Of a stretch of DNA of 64,000 bases, positions 1-14,565 are shown one piece after another. The stretch comes from Perna viridis. Its lineage: Eukaryota. Location of the stretch: assembly GCA_037379345.1 (NCBI GenBank), contig CM074519.1:40530851-40594850 (forward strand), read 5' to 3'. Below the pieces are notes generated by a model. That model was given only the letters and a program-made list of their open reading frames with translations, made no database searches and was not told where the DNA came from. Positions within the stretch are counted from its first letter, which is position 1. Each line of letters begins with the position of its first letter. Both the position numbers and the translations under genes were made by a program.

Positions 1-300
1 AAAACTTGTCCATGTGACAGGTTTCATATTATAGTGTCTTCCATTGTAACAAATAAATTATCAGACGGTTTAAATGGCGGTATTTTCAGCTTGAGTTTTA
101 GCAAGTGCTTAAAATAGTGTCATTATACTAGTGAGATCAAGAAATCTACAGGTATTCTTCAAAACAATGAAATTTAGAATTACATTTATAATGCTTTCAA
201 CATTTGTGTGTACCATTTATAACATAATAAAGAATTTGATGTTACCAAGGAATTCTAGCCAATGAACTGCTGAAAACAAATAAAAGCCTCCAAAGAAGAA

Positions 301-482
301 CCCTACCTGTGCACCTGGTCCATGCTTCCAGTTTTTACTTGAGTTCAAGTTGCTCATTTACTTTTGTTACTTTGTATGTATGATTTTAGTTACTTTATTT
401 TGTTTGTTGTGTATGTCTGTTTTCCATGTATGGTGTTTGTTCCTGGATTACATTCTTTTGATTTCCACTAGAATCTTGGTTC
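301..482 (+). mobile_element. Dispersed copy of the retroelement 3' end (opposite orientation)
   Basis: Reverse complement aligns with 27896-28050, including catggaaaa(a)cagacatacacaacaaa and aaagtaactaaaatcatacatacaaagtaacaaaag. Confidence 0.8.
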
Positions 483-2719
483 TACTGAATACTCTTTCTC
501 ACAACTATCAGGAGGTGGAAAAACTAAGTAGTTCAATCAGAGACAAATAAAAACCTATAGGTCATACTTCACAGTTATACCATTCTGCAGTTGGAGAAGA
601 TCATACAGCACATGTAATGGTTTGTTTAAAGTAACAAAACCAACAATGATATTCCTCAAAATGGGAACTGGAAACCCCTTGTGACTCATGTAAGGGAGCT
701 GCATTATTGTTGCTAGACTATTATGGATGCATAATCATTTCCAATATGACAGGTGCTGCTGGCAGAGCAGGACATGCTATTTTGAAGTTAACTGCATTGT
801 CCTATTGTTCATACTTCAGTACTTTTTTATATAAAAGGCCTGTCATTTGTTGAAGATGCAATATCAATGTAGCAAAGATTTAACATTTAAAACAAAAAGT
901 TGTAAAGAAAATAAATTTCTGTTCAAAGTAGAGAATTAATGTATTTTACATGTATATTTATTTGTTGTTATGGTTATGTAATAACAGATTCTGTCTGTTT
1001 TCTCATGAACTTGTAACTTGTTTGTTTTTATATCTTTATGCCTAATCTATACAAACTGAAATTGGCTGTTTCATGAGCACTTCAAAAATAGAAGGAAATT
1101 TATATAACAAATAACACCTCAAGGCCGTTAAATCATTACCGATAAATAAATCTAATTATACAGCCAATCTACTGCATGCTGCTTCAAATCAAAACTTGAA
1201 AGAAACCAACAGAATAAAGCAGAGATTTAGTTTATATTATAGTTGTATTATGGTTTAAGTTTAGGTTTGGTTTGTTAATGAAAAGACAATCCTAGAAATC
1301 TACATATAATACATAAAATGTGTCTTATAGGACACAATGATATCCCTGAAATGTTTTGTCAGTTCTGATTAGAAAGGGGCCAAGGCACAAACCAAGGAAT
1401 GGCATGCAGGCATATGTAAGCCAACTTTAAAATTCAGAAAAAAGTCATGTAATCTGTATACTTCACAAATTCGTTTCCCAAAAAAATCTGACCTCATTTT
1501 CCTTTGCCTGTAAATCCTATTTAACTTCATATTTAACCTGAAATCCTGGATCTACCCCTGGGCCTACCATTTCTATTAGGCTATTCTTATAGTTTGATGG
1601 TCTCATACTGGGAGTCATGATAACCTTGTGAACCTAGTACATCAGTTCTGGAGCTAACTCCCATGGCAACTCCAAGCCATGTCTAAGAATTTCATGATGT
1701 CACAAACAGAAGGGCCTTGGTTTAAAGCTCAGTTAATAAAGTTCAAATATAGGCAATTGTTGTCTACATCTCATTTTTTTTAAGGGATGGGAGAGGCTTT
1801 TTGGCTTTATTGAGGGTCTATTTCTATTATTATTTTTTTTTCTTTTTCTTTTTATTTTTGAAAAATGGGTAATGTCTTAGAGCAAAAGCAAGGAAGCATT
1901 AATGTACTTTAAACAGCAACACAGGTTAATATTACAAGTAATCTACACCTCAGCCCAATTCTGCTAATTCTATCTGAGACATGACAGAAACAACATACCA
2001 ACAATAATTGGAGGAATCAAGGACCTGAAGCGTTCAGATGTACTACTTCTCATGAACCTGCCAAGTCAGTAGCCATAGATAAACAAGAAGACATTGAAAA
2101 GATCACACAGACTATAAATCATCTCAGTAGTAATACATTATACTCAGCAGTACAGATAGATTATTATACTATCACTGGGCTCGAGATATAAGATATTAGA
2201 AGGGGTTTATTGATCTGTTACTGATTGGGAACCCTGAAAATACTTCTAGAATGTTTATCAATCAGCTAATGCCTAGATACCCTTATAAAGAACAAGGTTG
2301 GTACAGGCTTATCAATTTGTTACTGATTAGAAACCTATGCAATAATCAGTGATTGAGACCAATAAAGTGGAAACATCTCAAATCTGTAACATATGCCATG
2401 AAAAAAAATCAAACTGACAATACTTAGTAAAACGACTTTTTATTCTCCACTGTCCATGTATGAATTCCCCTCTGACTAATTTGAAGCAATCTTACTAGTG
2501 TACCAATTAAAGCAATTCAAAAAGAGCTCTCAACACTTTAGGCCCATAACATTTAAATGAAATGTAAACTACACATGTACCAGCATCAAAAGAGAACATT
2601 ATCATTGCTGAAATAGCAATAGTAACCACATCATTCATTACTGAGACAGATTGTTAGGGAATGTGCAGAAATACCTGGCATAAAACCAGATCTCTGGGTC
2701 ACATAAACATAATAACTGC

Positions 2720-2771
2720 AAAGGTCATTGGACATGTGTTAGAGTAAAGGTCATTGGACATGTGTTAGTGT
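2720..2771. repeat. 26-bp tandem duplication
   Basis: aaaggtcattggacatgtgttag(a/t)gt x2. Confidence 0.9.
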
Positions 2772-3098
2772 ATGGTTAAGTAGGTGTTTGAAATGAGTAT
2801 TTACATTTAAGTGAATTCTCACATACTGAACATATAAGCCATTGTGCTCACTATATCATACTGAGCATTGTCATGAGTAAAACTACAATGTCATTCCTCC
2901 AGAGAGATAGAGACATCATTTCAGTTGACAAAATCATCTAATGTATACCTAGTCTATATTTCTTGGAAGTTTTTGTTTTTCTTTTAGGGCAAAATTAGGG
3001 CAGTTCTGAGTAAATAATAGCCTGAACCCCCCCTCCCAGTGCACAAAATATAGGCCCCTGAAGATATATATGGTATATACACAGTACAAGGTACTTAC

Positions 3099-3203
3099 AA
3101 TTTTGTGAAGTTCATCTTCATCATCTATATTATCATATGTAGGCATGGCTGTGTTTTGGTCTCCTTCTTTAGTGTGGAATCTGTTATTAACGGGTCTACC
3201 ACC
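3099..3203 (-). CDS. Exon ending in the N-terminal half of a smoothelin-type motif (GGRPVNNRFHTKEGDQNTAMPTYDNIDDEDELHKI)
   Basis: tttcag| acceptor, ATT|gtaagt donor; 105 nt, phase 0-0; I-x-D-E-x-x-L-x-K fits the start of the smoothelin motif, broken by a phase-0 intron where the 58964 exon begins. Confidence 0.82.
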
Positions 3204-4043
3204 CTGAAATAAAGGGAGATAACTTACATTTCTACCTACAATATCTGTGAATTAAAACTGTGAAGAAGACATACAATTCAAATAAATGAACAGGATTTTG
3301 GACTCTATTGATGATACTCTTATTGAATGGTCATGATGATTTGCACTAAGTAAAAATCATTGTACCAAGAGCAACATTGTAAGAAATGCAAGCAGAGGAA
3401 ATATACAGGTCTAAAAGCAAACCTGGCTCACTACTTCTGCTTATTCATCTAAAAATGTTATGAATTCTTACCAGCTGTTTGTTAAATAAAATGAATGATT
3501 TCCAAGTTTCCTTAAATTAGCATGAAAATGATGAAACCATCATTAGAAATTCCATAGGTTAACACCAACACAACACAAGTCACTTCTCACTAATTACTCT
3601 CACTCTGTTATTGTTATTATAATTACTATCAACATGAGGAGTTTGGTAGCTCTCTAGATTCCTCTGTTATTATTCATTACCATGGAAACTATCAAGTGCT
3701 AATGTAGTGCATTCTTAAAACATTGTGATGTTCTTCTCATCAGATTTTGCACTTCTGGTTTAGAAAACATTGTCAGTCTGATTATCTTATCTCAATCAAT
3801 GTATGTATGGCTGTTAGTACAGATTGGTCATACTGGGGTGAGGGATTATATCTTGAAAATAAGTATTAATGGACTCCATTTTCATCATCAACTACTGCAC
3901 CAAACCATGACAAGAACGGTTGCTCTGTGAGCTAGCACAACAAAAAAAAATCTGGCATAGCCTGTTGGACTAGTACAAAGCAGAATCCAATAGTATATGA
4001 TTGGCAAAATGTTATCATCTGCTACATACATGACAATTTACGG

Positions 4044-4073
<30 letters not shown>
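4044..4073. repeat. (CAAT)7 microsatellite
   Basis: Direct reading. Confidence 0.95.
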
Positions 4074-4076
<3 letters not shown>

Positions 4077-6038
4077 TCTGGTTAAGTTTTCAATTTCTGT
4101 TTGGTAAAACTGTGACCACCAAAAACTATTATTTATGCCATTTATTAATGCAAATGAACCAGAAGTATTTAGTAGAGATTCTAAATAGGCATGCACCATC
4201 CTATCTTAATCAAAGACAACCACTTTTTCCTACATTTCTGATGAACTTTGACCCTGTAACTTATCAGAGCATTAAATTAATATAGAAAAATGTAAGCATT
4301 TATTTTGTAATTAATCAGAAGATTATCAACAATATAAATAGTCAATAACAACATGATAGATAAACAATTTATATTGTAATTGTTTATCTGTTTATCATCG
4401 ACATAAATTTATATTTATCATAGTAAACAGTGCTGTGAGCTATCTTTCAAATAGATCAATTCATGATACTCAAATCTGGCTGGATTCCTTTATTTCAAAA
4501 TGTTATCTATAATCCTTGATCCCCTGTAGACTTTTAATATTAGTACTTATGATACAACTTATAATAGTCAGAGGTATATTTAGATATTTATCCAAAATTC
4601 CTTTTTTTGAATCTTATATAACAGTGTTAAGTTTTCAAGTGTCTTTTTAACACTAGCTTAAATGCTTTATTACAAGTATAAAGTTTCTTAACCATAATTA
4701 TACAAAGAATGCAAAATGATGCATCTGATAAAAACAGATTTCATTCAGAATACAATGAAATCAAGACAATGAGATAACATCAATGTAAAAATGTCCAAAT
4801 TACCAATTTTTTACTGTTTGCAGTTTTTTTGTTAAATAATGATGAAAATCTACCACTTCCTTCTTATGATATGGGGTAATTACTTCAGAAAAGACAATAA
4901 GTCAAAACAACAAAGAACAAATTAATCCATGCTGACCATATTATTGAGATAGAATGCTAATCATTACAATCCATGCTTGTTAGTAGACATGGGTAAACTA
5001 TTGAATGGTAATCATGCTGGGATAATGGCCTACCCACTGTTCAATTACCATAACTTTGACCATTTGTATAAACACTGACAAAATGACCTTGTCCTGGCTT
5101 GACCTTGGAAGAAGTCATTGTCCTCTTGGTATGACAACACAGAGGCATTAGTATTTTTACCTTGCCAGATCAAAGGTTGGTGATGCTTGCCACAGTTGCT
5201 CAAATAATGCACTTGACACAAAATCAAATTACTAGTAACTCCATAAATACACGTCACCCATGCAAAGAAGTTTCAGTTTTACTTATTAGAAAGAAAATAA
5301 AATCTCAGGGCTCTGTGTTATACACTCATCTCATGATCTCTTTTCACTACCAATAATGGGGATATTTTGGCGGTTTTCTGTTAAAATGTTCATGTTTAAT
5401 TTTGGTGCATTCAGAATTATAAGTTTTATTTTCGCATTATCTTCATGGTGGAATCAAACTATTCTTTATTATCCTAAAAAGAATCTAACACTATCAGTGT
5501 CATATTACCTGGGTAAAACAAAGGGTCAACTGCTATGTATTACAATTCTAATCTTGTTCTTTTCCGAATCTACCAATAAACGATATATATTGGCTGCCTA
5601 AATTTTCAAAATGTTATATTTTGGTGTGTTTAATTTTGCCACTTTTAAGAGAGACCAAAATAAAACTACAAGAAAAATTTCTGAATTTACTGTATTCATT
5701 TTTGCAAGCAAAGATGGCAAAAGGTAATTAGTAAGGAAAACCAAGTAAAATAAAACATAAAACCTCATTAAGACAATTATCACTAAGGAACTACATGTAT
5801 GACCCTGACTCAAACAATATAGACAAGACTGAACCTGCAGTTATTTGGGTCAAAAGACAGATATTTTCTAGGCATTTAGACTTGGAGTCACAACCAATTA
5901 CATTAAGAGATACTCAAATAAATGGTATTATTACCAATAAACTGGCTTAAGTACATAATTTGTTAGTTATTTCTGAAGATACATATTAGAGGCACTTAAT
6001 TCTGTTTGTAATCAGAATGCTATGATTCAACAACTTAC

Positions 6039-6116
6039 CTCCTCAAATCGACTCCGAAGAGACGATAACTTTTTAAATGAGGATCTTCCTGATAAAGCAG
6101 CCATGGTGAATATCAT
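6039..6116 (-). CDS. Alternative first coding exon ((MIFT)MAALSGRSSFKKLSSLRSRFEE)
   Basis: ATGs at 6116 and 6104, the latter in strong Kozak context caccATGG; consensus donor GAG|gtaagt; phase 0 matches acceptor 3203; CpG-containing patch. Confidence 0.7.
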
Positions 6117-9100
6117 ATAGACTTAATTAAAATGGGAAAGTAGAATGTTTATAAATCTAACTTTCCTAAAGTAAACTGACCACAAATGTTCAGATTTTTA
6201 GAATATTCCATTCAACAAATCCACAAATGCATCCTTTTTTATAAATTTTTTGCAGAAATTTATGATGTATTCTCCTTTTTCTCAACTACTTGGAATAGAA
6301 TCTCTTAGAAATATAGATATAGAACAAGCAATTTTGTATCAAACAGAAGTTATAAACCAAAAGTTTCCAGATTCCATGATTCTCACCATCTCTCCAACCC
6401 AGACACAACTCTTAGATAAACTTATCTACTAGTAGACAGGTTTTTTGAACTTCAAAATTTCAAATCTTAAAATCTTCAGGTTTAAAAGATAAGAATAGTG
6501 AGTAATGCAAGGTTTTTATTAGGCCTCTATCAAACAGGGCAAATCTGAGGGTTAATCAAAACTAATCAAATGGTAAAACAGGGAGAGAAGATGTTTTATG
6601 ACCACATTCCCTATAAACTTTTAGATGATGATTGTCTATCAAATATTTTATTATGGAGTTCAAAGGCAGTTTAAGAGGTGAAAAAGTTAGATATTAAAAA
6701 CTTAAAGATGTGAAAATATGTACAACTACTTCATGATCAAATAATTAAAGGATTTTTAAGAACTAAACAGAAAACAGAACCTTGTGTTGATACAATATCC
6801 TTTGTTTTCTATAAATGACATCAGAGATTAATTCCAGGCTAGCCACCCCAGGCTAACCACCCCAGTGTGCCATTAACCTTGCTCTAGACACACTTTAAAA
6901 CCAATAGTAATCAACCAAAAAGAAAATGGAGGGTTTAATTAAGACCTATAATATACCACAAATACACAGTGAAGAAAATAGTTTTACAAGGAGTTGAAAT
7001 GTATGGACAAAAAGAGTAAAAATATAGATGTTTTTATGGACCCCTAAAGTTCTTTTCATTGCTAATAAAAAAATAACTTGCTTAATATAATACCATTTCG
7101 AAGAAACCAAAAAATCTGTCCAGCTATACAGACCCCCTTCAGGCATTACACAACTCCATGTTACTTCATTTCAACCATTATGCTACAGAATAGTGTGACA
7201 GGTGCAGTTGCACTAAGAACTCATACAACTTACAAATAATTACAAACAAGTGAGACATATGTAATTACTTCTGAGCTGAGTAGTCTGTTAATATCTCTAT
7301 TATAGTTGTTATCTGTAATTGTTTACAATACCAATCTGTCTGGAATTTTATTGTCTATGAAAACCTGTTTCTGGTCAGCTATTGTTTTAAAGAAATGCCA
7401 ATGTTTTTTTGCTTGTTTTCTTTTTCTTTTTTTTTCCCTACAAGTTTTTTTTAAACTTGAATGCTTTGATGTGTATCCATGATGAAACCATGCACACAAA
7501 CAAATAAAATCATCAAAAAAGGTCCCAAAATTAAAAAAAAAATTGTGTACCTGTACAACTTATGCAAATCCAATAGAAGTTTTATTAACATTACCCCCTC
7601 CCTAGAAGTAATTTGTCCTTGATTTTTCTTGTAATATACATTTTATTTTAAAATCACTTACATATTATGTATATATAAATAACTTTTTGGCCAGAATATT
7701 ATAATTTTCAGAAACTTGCATGGACTATAGCAGAATTATTTATCAGGCTGAACTTTCTTCCATGTTCATCAACTTATTCTGTAGGTTGATATGATCAATG
7801 TCTTTATAACCTGTTGTAACGATCAATCATACAAATATATGTTACATAACAACAACACTTCTCTTCCATCAATATATATGCTAATACCACAAGATATTTT
7901 TTGTTTCCCTCTTGGAGGCATCTTACAGGAATAATTGGTTAAGCCTGAACATAAAATTTCTTCAAGAAATAGTATATTCAAATTCCCTTGGCACATTCTT
8001 TTATCTATTAGAAACAGTTTAGAATGCAGAAACTTGATAGAAGTCAAATTATCATCAATTAAAAAAACTACCCAACCATTTCCCCTGTGGTGAACCCCTG
8101 GTGTGCTACAGATTCTTGCTGACATTTTAGGAAGTGTGTAAACTGATGCTGTACAGGTAAAGAGATTAGATACATCATCAATACCTATAGACAGCTCTTA
8201 TCTATCAATAAGTCAAACAATATAGCCAGAAACAATCATTGTTTACTGCCAGGGGGGATAATCCAATAATACTGCCTTTGATCTATTTTAATCTTTCCTG
8301 AGATCATACCTGTACCTTTTTTTAATGAAGCATTTGCTTGGTTAATATGTATTTTTTTAATAGAAACAGAAAACTTTCTGATTTTCATCAGTAAAATAAG
8401 ATTTTTTTCGAAGTTCAGTTTATTTTTACATCAAACAAATAGAGAGCTGTTTGCAGATAATTTAAGGAAAATACTACACTAAAAAAACTAAAGACATATA
8501 ATAATTTCAGAAAGGAAATAAGCAGACAAAACCAACATAAACCTATCAATACTGAAGTTAAACGGCTTTACTCAAAATGAAAAAAACATTTATTAACTTT
8601 GTATTTAGAAAAAGAAATGTAAAACAATAAGACTGCTGCATATCTCCCTGCAGTAGTTCACACTGATAGATAACTATAGAGATAATTTTAAATTAACCAA
8701 AACAACAAAAGGTAAAACTGTAGCATCAAAAGCATCGATACTTGAGGAAGTTACTTTACATCCTTGGCTACCTGATAGGACAGGTGTTTCTCACAAAAAT
8801 CAAACAAATGATTGTTTTTAAATATATTATTAAATCAGAATTTAGTTAATTCAATCCCTCATTGCTAAACTTACCTTGAAATAAATAAAATAAAACAATA
8901 ATATAAATCACAATGTTTCCATGGAATGGATGCTCTGTGACCTTCACAACACTCTCAAGATCACACACAAACGCCTCCTCTTCTTCTGTTTACAACAGGA
9001 ATAAATAAAAGCTTCACTTTCTTTGCCAAAACATCTAATCAGTTCTATAATATCTTCCTACTTCCCACAACTATAGGAATGTAATTTTCTGGCTGGACAT

Positions 9101-10598
9101 GTCAATTAAGCCAAGAATTGGAGGACAATTTTTTTTTCTGCTAGGGGGGTAGATTAGCATGAGAAAAATCCAATTACTGACCAAATTGTTGCCAGATGTA
9201 GTTTGAGTGTATAGATATATTTTGAGGAATGCTGCTATGATCTGTTTTTGATCATGTTTACATAATCTAATTAAGAAAATAATCGAAGTAAGTGTAAGAA
9301 GAATTACTGCTATATTGAACAGTTAACCAAAATCTACAATGCAGGCCTTACTTGAAATAATCATTTCAATTCTGAGAACTCCTACAATAGGATATTTCAG
9401 TACTCCAGTATTCAAAAACTAGATGGGATGAGTGTACTTAGAATCAATACATCAACCTACTTGTCATTTTACCACTTATTTATAAATTTAAGTACATTTA
9501 TATGTATCATTGAGCAAATAATTTATTTTCAGTAGCCACCTCTTCAGAATTACAAAATACAAAAAAATATTCATTAGTGATAATCATCTGCTACAACTAT
9601 AAATCACTAGTGTAAGCTCTTGGCAATAAATTTTCAAAACTAGTAAGAATTTGGCCATATAATTGACTATAATTCTTGTAAATTTTTAGCTGGCATTTAA
9701 ACAAAAAATTATTTCTTTTCATTATTTCCTTTCAAAAAATTCTTAAAAGGTCTTCATCAAAATATATTTATTTCAGAATTACTAAATTATATTTTAAAAC
9801 CTTAAGACACATAGCATCACAAAATCACTTCATGTATTTATTATAAGTCGTACGAAAATAGAAAATGCTCTCAAGGTAGGTCGTTAAACCAGTAATACAA
9901 GAGTATCTAGCCAACTGTTTTATTACCTATTATCTATTTGGCTAAGAAGTATTGTTTAAAGAAGGAATAAATAATCCATTACTAATATTCTTCTTTTAAT
10001 TGCTAATTTATTTTTTTATAATCACATTACTCAAATTTGACAACAATAGGAAATGAGTTTTAAGAAATCACTTATCTCCTTAATAAGAGCAGCACAAACA
10101 CATATCTTAACCCTATTTCAATAGGTGTACGTATAATTGGCAATTAATTTTCTACCAACATTAGAGAAAGAGTTCAAATTAGAGTTATCCCCCTTCTAAC
10201 ACTTTATTATTTTTCTTCTAGCACAAAAGGGAGACTATTCTAAGGCTACAAATCATAAAACTTATGTTTGTTCCCTTTAAAACCAAATTATTGTACTCCC
10301 CACCTCCATATTTTTAAATTATGCCAAATTCCTGTCAACACATCATTTTAACACTGTTTTAATCTCTTACATCACAGTTCTACAGAATTCTGTACTTTCT
10401 CCAAAGTAGATTAACATACAGATTTCAGCCCATTAATCTTATGATACGTACATCTGAGATAGATGTGATATGGTTGAGTAAAAAGCTCTTAGACAGAACT
10501 TCTAAATCTACTTTGTGATACAACCAATCTGTTGGGTCAATGTAGTCCAATTAGTTCTACTTTCTGGGTGGTTGTTTGCAGAGAATTAATTTTTTGCC

Positions 10599-10864
10599 AA
10601 GGCCAAAAAAAATAAAATATGTCTAATATGTCTGAATCTGTTCCCCGCTACCCTATCTACCCTAGGTTTTTGGTACCTACCCTAAACATGTTATAACCAA
10701 TTTTGTTCAAGCACTATTTATAAGTCTAGACTGTTTCCCCATTAACTCAAATGTAAAATGTTTTTGAAAAATAAAACAATTTCTCTACCTACCCACTCAA
10801 TATTTTTTCTTGCTTGTAGCAGGAAACAAAACTATTGATTTTTTGGGGGGATAAACAAGCCTTA
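10599..10864. mobile_element. MITE-like element, GGCCAAAAA-terminated family, copy 1
   Basis: Shares cctaccctaaacat, tcaagcact, cccattaactcaa, ctacctacc and gtagcaggaa blocks with 32972-33159. Confidence 0.65.
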
Positions 10865-10939
10865 GTCAAGAATAAAAATTATATAATCCTACTAATCAAT
10901 ATGGTCTTTATATAAAAATAAGGCTCACCTACTTAAATT

Positions 10940-11427
10940 TTTGGAATTCAAGGGCAATAACTCTAACAAGGAGTTGTCCAACAATTGTGACTCAAGAAGA
11001 CTTTAGTAGAACTAATCATAAGGATCATTTCATCAATTGAAAGTTTCTTTTTACCTATTATAGTTTTCTAAATATTGTCTGAAAACTGCTAAAAACACCA
11101 TTTTCACCTTTCAAGTGCAAGAACTCTAAAAAGGAGACATCTGACATCTTTGAACCACTGCAGGCTTTTGTAGGCATCATCATGAGATCAATTCGGTAGT
11201 TGATAGAATTTGGCTAAAAATTTGACCAGATACAGATCTCATCATGCTGAACACTTTTACCCAATCAGATTTTGGCTCAACATAACGGTTTTGGAGATAT
11301 ATGTGAAAAACTTCTGTCTGACCCCAGTTTTCTATTTTTAGTAATGGTGGCCATGTTTTGAAGTTTTAAAAATCCCCACATCAGTTCTATGCAGTTCTAT
11401 GTCCAATGAACAGGTGAGCTAAAAAAA
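10940..11427. mobile_element. Degenerate interspersed repeat ending in caggtgagctaaaaa (possible non-autonomous Helitron-type element)
   Basis: aagggcaataactct-type submotifs and a caggtgagctaaaaa terminus recalled from bivalve repeats; family assignment unverified. Confidence 0.4.
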
Positions 11428-13340
11428 GTTTTAAAAAAATGTAATTGTAAGAGGCATGCAGTGGAGACTTATTATCAGATAACAAATCAACACTGAAATT
11501 AAGACAAGAGATACATAAAAACTTGTGGTTCATTTATTGTGTAAAAGATAGTTCCTCTGACGTTTATCGCTTTATAACATTCCTGGAGAAACCTCAGCTA
11601 TTACAGAGATTGATGTTCATTTCTATCATTTTAAACTGCTCCTTATCTTGAAGATTCACCATGCAAATTTTAATTAAAATAAGTTCCCAATGACTCAATC
11701 AAAATTTTCTCAGTTGAAATGAGTACTGCTTGGCTTTCTAAAGCAGTTTTTAAAAGTATTCACGGTGTATTTACATCAGCACTGAATATAAGCTTTCATG
11801 AGACATTTGTTTACATTATTGTTAGTTTATTTAATTAGTGTTATAGTACTCTCTGTAAGAATTAGATAGTTGGTGAATCATGGTGGAAAAAAAAACACAA
11901 AAGTCTTTCCATGAAACCTTGTTCAAAATCATATCTGAAAATCAGAAATAGCATTCAATCTACTACATGGAATAATAATGAAAAGCATTGCAATTTCATC
12001 ATCAAAAGGAGATAACTCACTTTCCCCCATCATTCTAATGTAACTGTGAACTTGCCTTTTCTGCATTATCTGACACCTCTGAACAGTCAATTTGTCTTCA
12101 ATATGCACTTGACATTGTCAAATTATTGTGTTGTTCTGCCCATGATTTATCATTTATCAATTTTGCCTGATTCTAACAGATTCCTACACTTAATTTATCT
12201 CTCTGCAAAGGGCGATATATTAATAAGAAAGTTTCTGATCTTAGTTTCATAAACAAATTAAAAAAAAATTTGAAAGATGGTTTTCCGAAAAAGAAATGCA
12301 AAAGAAACAAGTACCGGTACTATCTTTAAAAAACAGAAAGACGACATATATTCTCACTTTGTTACCAAAATCTGAATAAGAGTTTATTTGGTGAAGTGTG
12401 TGATCCCTGTGCTACGTTTCAAATTTCAATTATTTTATTAGTTCAACGAGTAAACTATTTCCAATTATTCAATATATAAAAGTGATCGAAAATATTCTGG
12501 ACATCAATGCCCATAATAGAGCCTTCAATTTCATGGTTGCTATCACATTTGTCCAATGAAATTTGAGGTTGTAAGTTACATGGGTTAGGTTGCCATCGTT
12601 AAGCATCATGAATGTCAGGTGATGTCAAAGCGAACACAATACTGACTGTGTCTGAAAAAACAGCGATCTTTTATAGAACAATTAAATAGTTTATCTATAA
12701 TTGTAAATTATTGACTAGTAAAATTCCCTGAACTTTTCACATTACATACTTTACATAAAGTGTTTATCATATCCCTATACAATAGATGAATCTTATGGTG
12801 CATGGAATACATCAGGTGTTTTGTACATTCCTTAAGGTTGAGGGACATAACTCTTGAAATCAGTGATATGTTTGTATCATATTCAATTTCACCAAAGCCT
12901 ATCAAGTTTTCATTTGAAACAGAATGAAATTAGAATTAGTTCAAGTTATGTTGATGCTTGCATAAGATTGATGTAAAATGCTGAATATAAACATTCCAAT
13001 GATTTGTAAGAGTTATGTCCCTTACCCTAGGTCTACCTCTTTAAATGTCATTCTATAGAAATGGCAATCATTACTATCAAAGTTATATCATTTTTTACAT
13101 TTTCCTTCACCCATGCACAGAAAAAACAAACCCATGCACAGATAAAACAAAAAACAACAAACAGTGATATACATTCAATGAAAAGTGCAAATAAAACTCA
13201 TTTATAAAACCCTACTCAATACACCAACAAAAAAACTAAACATACAAATGAATAATTACAAAAAACCAATAAGTACTTTCATTATATGCAAACTTAATAC
13301 CAGAAATAAGTTATCATATAACCCTCGGCCAATGCCTCAC

Positions 13341-13403
13341 CTCATCAGTAACCTCACTTTCACTTTCACTTTCAGAACAAGTCAAAGATTTCTCGGAATC
13401 TTC
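13341..13403 (-). CDS. Small acidic exon (EDSEKSLTCSESESESEVTDE)
   Basis: ctcctttgtag| acceptor, GAG|gtgagg donor; 63 nt, phase 0-0. Confidence 0.7.
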
Positions 13404-14379
13404 CTACAAAGGAGAACTCAGGATTTACTTCAAACTGAACAAAATTCTTCATCATTCTTAGTCCAAAACTGTTTAGCTAGGAAAGTTCTTACAGAATTGT
13501 GGTTAGACACTGAAAACTAAATTAAGACACAACAGTAAGCCAACTTCTTTTTGAAAGTAATTTATCTCCGCCAATTTTGCCAGGAAGAAGAGATGGTGAA
13601 AATAAATGGTCACAAATAAGTTCCTACACTGTGGATAACTTAACAGTATTTTTTATAATGCTCTCTTTTTCTAAATTCAAACTTATCTTAAAACCAGATG
13701 TGCTGCTAAAACATTGAAGTTTTACTTTTACAATAAAAAGCCTATGATATGAGACAATGATGAGCTGCCTAAGAAGTTACATAACTGTGAATGTCAATAT
13801 TAGTAAACATCCAATGTTATTATCACTAGAAAATTGGTTGATTGAAAATTCACAGGAATTTACAGGGAAGACATGCATGCAGACATGCTGAATGAAAACA
13901 ATAGCATGTCTGTTGGAATAATCACATGGTATCATACATAGAATAATGCTAAAGAAAGAAAACTTGACTTAGAAATAAAATTGAGCTACTTCATGCAAAA
14001 TTACGTAATATTAACATTTTCCATTAATTTTTGGTACAACAGGTAATTTGTGGAAGATGATTTATAATTATTTAAAACATGTCAATCCTAAATAGCTCAT
14101 TTACTGTCTGGAATTACTTTAAAATGAAGTAATTAAAGATGTGAGAAAAATGTCACCATGAGAATAACATTTAATCCCTTTCCCAACAGTAAGGTTTAGT
14201 TAGCCATAAGTGTAGAAAATGAACATTTTGAATAACATGAATCTTCATGTCTACATCATCATCTACATATTCCTGACATGAAATCAATAGACTAATATAA
14301 TGAACAGAAGTTGTCAAGGTTTGTAACCCCCCAAAAAAAAAATTATAGGGGTACCAACTTTCATGGATTCTGTTGTTCA

Positions 14380-14565
14380 GAGTAATCTAGAGAACCAAGA
14401 TTCTAGCCGAAGTCAATAGAACGCAATCCAGGAGAAACAGCCACAACAAAGAAAAAAAATACCCATAATAATACATACAATACAAACAAAGAAACAAAAG
14501 TAAATGAGCAACTCAAGACTCCACTAAAAACTGGGAGCATGGACCAAGTGCACTGGTAGGGTAAG
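14380..14565 (-). mobile_element. Dispersed copy of the retroelement 3' end
   Basis: gagtaatc...gaaccaagattctag...aagtaaatgagcaactc...ctgggagcatggacca.gtgcac.ggtaggg shared with other copies. Confidence 0.75.

Noticed and set aside
350-550. Hydrophobic 66-aa ORF (and 41382-41567)
   Set aside because: Lies in the T-rich untranslated retroelement end; frame not shared between copies.
8370-8395. CTGATGA...GAAA on minus strand, hammerhead-like core
   Set aside because: No stem II pair or flanking helices; no hammerhead core seen in the retroelement copies either.
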